A stretch of DNA of 40,482 nt. It comes from Octopus bimaculoides (taxonomy: Eukaryota). The notes under the pieces were generated by a model, which saw nothing but the letters and a program-made list of their open reading frames with translations, did no database searches and was not told the DNA's origin. A program made the position numbers and the translations under genes. Shown piece by piece: positions 36,603-40,482 of this stretch (position 1 is the first letter of the stretch; each line of letters starts with the position of its first letter). Where the stretch lies: assembly GCF_001194135.2 (NCBI RefSeq), contig NC_068981.1:23674819-23715300 (forward strand), read 5' to 3'.

Positions 36603-38064
36603 GTGTGTGTGTAATGATAAGATCCAAGGATCAAAATGTAGGAAGTTAGTAAGCTTCGAGCAGTCCATAGACTGATCAAATTGCATTTGCTGCGAGATTA
36701 TTTTGATAAAAAAAACTACACGTAGTTGAGATGAGAAGAAAAATTGGATTTTTTACTAGTGTATACATCTAGGTATATGTATATGGTCGTGTGAATATGG
36801 TGTTTGTATGGGTGTGTATAGATATTTGCATATACATATATACTTTGACATATTTTACTGATGATAACAGGGTGTTTTATAACGCTAAGTTTTAAATCGA
36901 TTTACAATTAATCAGAAGATTTTATTTATTTTTACATCTGTCTGCTTACAATCTGTGCTAATGGAGTATTGAAGTGATTTTAGAGCCATTTGGTGTTTAT
37001 TTCTAGCGTGTTGGTGGGGTTAATCTTCACCCTTTAATATAATTATTTATATAATTATAAAGTAATATAAAATGTTACCTGGCGGAAAATACTTCATGGA
37101 AGCGTTTTGCACTAATAAAGCAGACTCATGTATATAATGTAGTGAGCTGAGGAGCTTCGATTAATTGAAATCATCCGTGAAATTAATAGAAAAATGTTTC
37201 GTCTAGGAATGTTTAAAATCGAAACGTCGAGCAAGTAGATAACTCCAATAAGCGTGATCGAAATTTGAGGACTATAATGTGAATACTGATGTGAGTGGTA
37301 GTTTTTTTTTTTTAAACAGTTTTCATTAGTAGATTATAATTTATGTGAACACATATATTTTAACAGTATGGAAGCCTCTTCTAGGTCGTATAATTTGCTA
37401 AACCCTTCGGGTAAATCTCCCTCAAATCATTTTTCTATTGTCTTTAGTAAATGAACGATACATTAGGCAATGTAGTTCTACATGTTCCTAAAAAGAAATA
37501 GTTGTCACGGCTTGAGTGTTTCTATAATACGTCTGCACAATCAGCGTTGTGCTTCAGCTAAACGTTAACAAACCTCATTTCTACATACTCTGTTACATTG
37601 CCCTTAAAATATTTTTCCGTATCGTACCCAATCTGGTACTATCTATTTGCTGATTTACTTTTGAATATCACCCTCTAATGGACGTAACCTTCTTAGAATT
37701 TTCCTCGTATAGCATAGACGAATGTAAGCGTAACTACAAGTAACTGTTGACACCCATAATCGTTTCTTTCTAGAAATCGTAAAAGCGTACGCTAAGTTTA
37801 AATGAATTAATAAAACGTTCATATAAATCGAAATTGATTTATTTAACTTTTGAACGAAGAATCATTGTTATTGGCATCACGACTTGACTTCTGGCTTTGA
37901 ATTCTTGACTACAGTATCGTATATCTTCAAAAGGGAATTAGGTAATAACAATATATATTTTAACATCACAGGAAAACGATTCGTTTGAACACGTAGGGGA
38001 AATCTTAAATAACAATTTTCTAACACAAACGCAAGACTAGGAAATTGAACTGAAAGGAGGTTGG

Positions 38065-38222
38065 AAGGGGGGTTTGTCGATAGATCCCAATACTTGACAG
38101 TTACGTTAATGTATTAACTGCGTGAGAATGAAAGACTATGCCGACGTCGGTGTGATTTGAACCTAGAACATAAAGTGCTGGGACAAATACCGTAAGGCAT
38201 TTTCTCCGATGCTCTAACGATT
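38065..38222 (-). mobile_element. SINE family B, highly diverged
   Basis: gagaatgaaagactatgccgacgtcggtgtgatttgaacctagaacataaag...aaataccgtaaggcatttt...gctctaacgat aligns loosely to family B. Confidence 0.55.
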
Positions 38223-38524
38223 ATAATGACATGTCCCTCACAAAAACACACTGTATTCGAGTATACTTCTTTCAGTAATACAGGACACTTGTGTTATTGA
38301 ATGTCTATAAGAGCGTTGAAATGGCACAGTAGTTAAGCTTGTGTGTCGATTAGGAATTCTACGTGTTAATTGTTCCGGTTCATATCTATAGCTAAGTGAA
38401 TTCATACAACGAGGATTATGTATCTTCACTAAAGAACGCTAACGATTAGTGATGATATGGTCATCAAATCTAATCTAATTTCAAAGTATGTTGGTGATTC
38501 CTTAGCGATTCGTTTCATAGGAGT

Positions 38525-38937
38525 TGATTACTTTTGATCTGTTACTTCACTCATTCGACAGCGGCCATGCTGGTGCACATCTTGAAGGGTTTTCCCAGGA
38601 GAAATGGTCCTCAGAAGTTATGGTCTTTTTTTTTTTTATATATCCTGTACTTATTCGCTTTTTCGAATCTCTAAATTACAGGTACATAAACAAACATCAG
38701 ATTTTGAGCAGTGCAGAATGACAAATCCAGACTCAAAGAAGTACGCACATACACGCAGGCTCGCACTCGCTCACATATATGCATGTATACACGATGGGCT
38801 TCTACACAGTTTCCGTTAACCAAATTCATTCACAAATCATAGAAGACACTTGCGCGAGATGATGTACAATGGGATTGAACTTGAAAACAACTGGTTGCAA
38901 AGCAAGCATCTTAACCTTACAGACGTGCCTGCACCTG
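38525..38937 (-). mobile_element. SINE family A, diverged copy with internal deletions
   Basis: gcggccatgctggtgcac...gatgggcttctacacagtttccgt...ccaaattcattcacaa...tagaagacacttgc...gggattgaac...tggttgcaaagcaagcatcttaacc...cctgcacct. Confidence 0.7.
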
Positions 38938-38990
38938 TAAGATGAATAACAGAAATATATTTCGATCAATTTTATGCACTTTTTATTCTT

Positions 38991-39432
38991 TTGTACTTTA
39001 GACACAAGGGCCAAAATTTCGGGGGAGGGGGGCAGTCGATTACATCGACGCCAGTACGCAACTGGTACTTAATTTATCGACCCCGAAAGGATGAAAGGCA
39101 AAGTCGATCACGGCGGAATTTGAACTCAGAGCATAAAGACAGACGAAATACCGCTAAGCATTTCGCCCGGCGTGCTAACGTTTCTTATTTCTTTATTGCC
39201 CTCAAGGAGCTAAAGATAGAGGGGACAGACAAAGGGATTAAGTCTTTTACATCGACCCCAGTGCGCAACTGGTACTTAATTTATCGACCCCGAAAGGATG
39301 AAAGGCAAAGTCGACTCAGAACGNNNNNNNNNNCCGAAAGGATGAAAGGCAAAGTCGACTCAGAACGTAACGGCAGACGAAATACTGCTAAACATTTCGC
39401 CCGGCGTGCAAACGTTTTTCTAGCTCGCCACC
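38991..39432 (-). mobile_element. Head-to-tail dimer of two family-B SINE variants inside one 19-bp TSD
   Basis: ttatgcactttttattctt at 38972-38990 and 39433-39451. One unit ends ...aataaagaaataagaaa and joins directly to cgttagcacgccggg of a second unit that has a different tail. Confidence 0.85.
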
Positions 39433-39841
39433 TTATGCACTTTTTATTCTTGCCTACAATATATAATCACAGTCCATCCTTAGAAATAAGTATTAAAAGG
39501 GCAGTAAAATATAGAATCAATAGTAAGGTGGACATAATGCTGTACGGTATGTGGCTACGTTTCTCTCTCTCTCTCTCTTCTGTCTCTGTTTCTCTCTCTC
39601 TGTCTCTGTCCGTCTGTTGCTTTTTTCTTTCTTTGCTGATTTCAAATCTCACCAATTTCGAATTTGAGATTCAACCTTCGATGAGAATAAAACATAATTA
39701 CCATTTAGACATTGAAGTTTATTGAATCGCTCATAGCACTTACAAATACCTAACTTTATACCTATTTAAGAAATCCATTCACGAATATACTATATATATA
39801 ATTGGAAATTAATGTATCTCTCCCTGTTTATTTCTGTGTTC

Positions 39842-39877
39842 CTTTCTGCCGAAGAGCGTAGGCTCGAAACGTAAAAG
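39842..39877 (+). ncRNA. Minimal type I hammerhead-ribozyme-like motif in a putative PLE pseudo-LTR
   Basis: cttt-CTGCCGA-a-gagc(gtag)gctc-GAAAC-GTA-aaag. Stem I cttt/aaag, perfect 4-bp stem II, palindromic ACGT stem III, GUA cleavage triplet. Core differs from CUGANGA at A6 and has one extra A before stem II. Confidence 0.65.
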
Positions 39878-39989
39878 ACTTTCTCACTTCCCGAGCGTTA
39901 AACTAATACATCTGTTGATCGTTTACACACCCGTCTTCGTCTTTTGTTTTTTTTTTTTGTAAATTCTCACTATATATTACACGCTCACG

Positions 39990-40482
39990 TGATCGCATCA
40001 GTTTTATCCTGTCTCCACCTCCACTTCAGACATTTCTTGGATTATTCTACCTGGATTCTCTACCTAGACTTTCTTGTTCTCTCCTACACCCGGACTCCTA
40101 CACTTTGGCTGCACCTCTCCTACTCATAGATTACACTGGACTCTTCCTTTGATGAGAAATCGCTCCAATATACCACGACGTTTGAACCTTTTGAACTTTT
40201 CTAAACTTTTTTGTACTTTCTGCTTTTTTCCTATTGTCGTTTCTCGCAATCTGCATTTATTACCTTGCCTCTCTCTTGGTCCATAGCTTCTTCCCTAACT
40301 CAACCTCCCAACCCGGCTCGTTCCTCTGCTCCTGCCCACTCTGTCGCACCTGCCATTACCTCTCCAACACCACCCTCCTCACAGGGACCCATCATCAACC
40401 CTGTCATATCACTGACTCCTTCACCTGCACTTCTAGCAATGTCATCTGCTGCATCTCCTGCTCTCTCTGTCCTTCTCTATAC
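39990..40482 (+). pseudogene. Penelope-like element relic (same family as 14930-15620), running off the window end
   Basis: 40273-40482 translates without stops: LLVHSFFPNSTSQPGSFLCSCPLCRTCHYLSNTTLLTGTHHQPCHITDSFTCTSSNVICCISCSLCPSLY. It aligns to the minus-strand copy. 39990-40270 is a degraded, uncertain upstream part. Confidence 0.85.

Larger units (their letters stand above)
390..39333. other. Assembly gaps (13 N-runs, ~5.3 kb): 390-1010, 1724-1733, 3828-4096, 4910-5391, 7193-8018, 11509-11744, 13463-13926, 15870-16815, 17639-18104, 23856-24319, 35378-35531, 36212-36567, 39324-39333
   Basis: Read directly. Most gaps abut microsatellites, poly-A runs or SINE copies, as expected for short-read scaffolding. 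Confidence 0.99.

Noticed and set aside
164-36686. Long ORFs in the supplied track (for example 164-1081, 6989-8116, 15766-16956, 23645-24331, 36016-36686)
   Set aside because: They are open only because they cross N-runs or dinucleotide repeats (YIYI, HTHT, CVCV peptides).
39290-39367. 34-bp direct repeat around a 10-N gap
   Set aside because: Identical sequence with the same private deletion lies on both sides of the gap; this is most likely an unmerged contig overlap.

Overview
This is repeat-dense, AT-rich eukaryotic non-coding DNA from a draft assembly. It has 13 N-gaps totalling about 5.3 kb. The tRNA-derived SINE families and the very high microsatellite load look like an octopod cephalopod genome; that is recognition from memory, not a database result. 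No host protein-coding gene, rRNA, intact tRNA or CRISPR array can be supported. Nearly all long ORFs in the supplied track are artefacts of N-runs and simple repeats. What the sequence does support: (1) about 20 copies or fragments of at least four tRNA-headed SINE types, several with exact 14-19 bp target-site duplications (TSDs), including a head-to-tail dimer inside one 19-bp TSD. (2) A roughly 2.1-kb decayed hAT transposase (18939-~21050), invisible in the ORF track and split by a ~335-bp (CTTT/CCTT)n tract. (3) Three Penelope-like element (PLE) GIY-YIG endonuclease relics from two families. (4) Minimal type I hammerhead-ribozyme folds with palindromic stem III (8471-8514 minus, 39842-39877 plus) and a degenerate tandem pair (27668-27762); two of the three sites adjoin PLE relics. 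The PLE-hammerhead association is known in other animals. The non-canonical cores here are the most testable lead. A few candidate exons on the minus strand are low-confidence.
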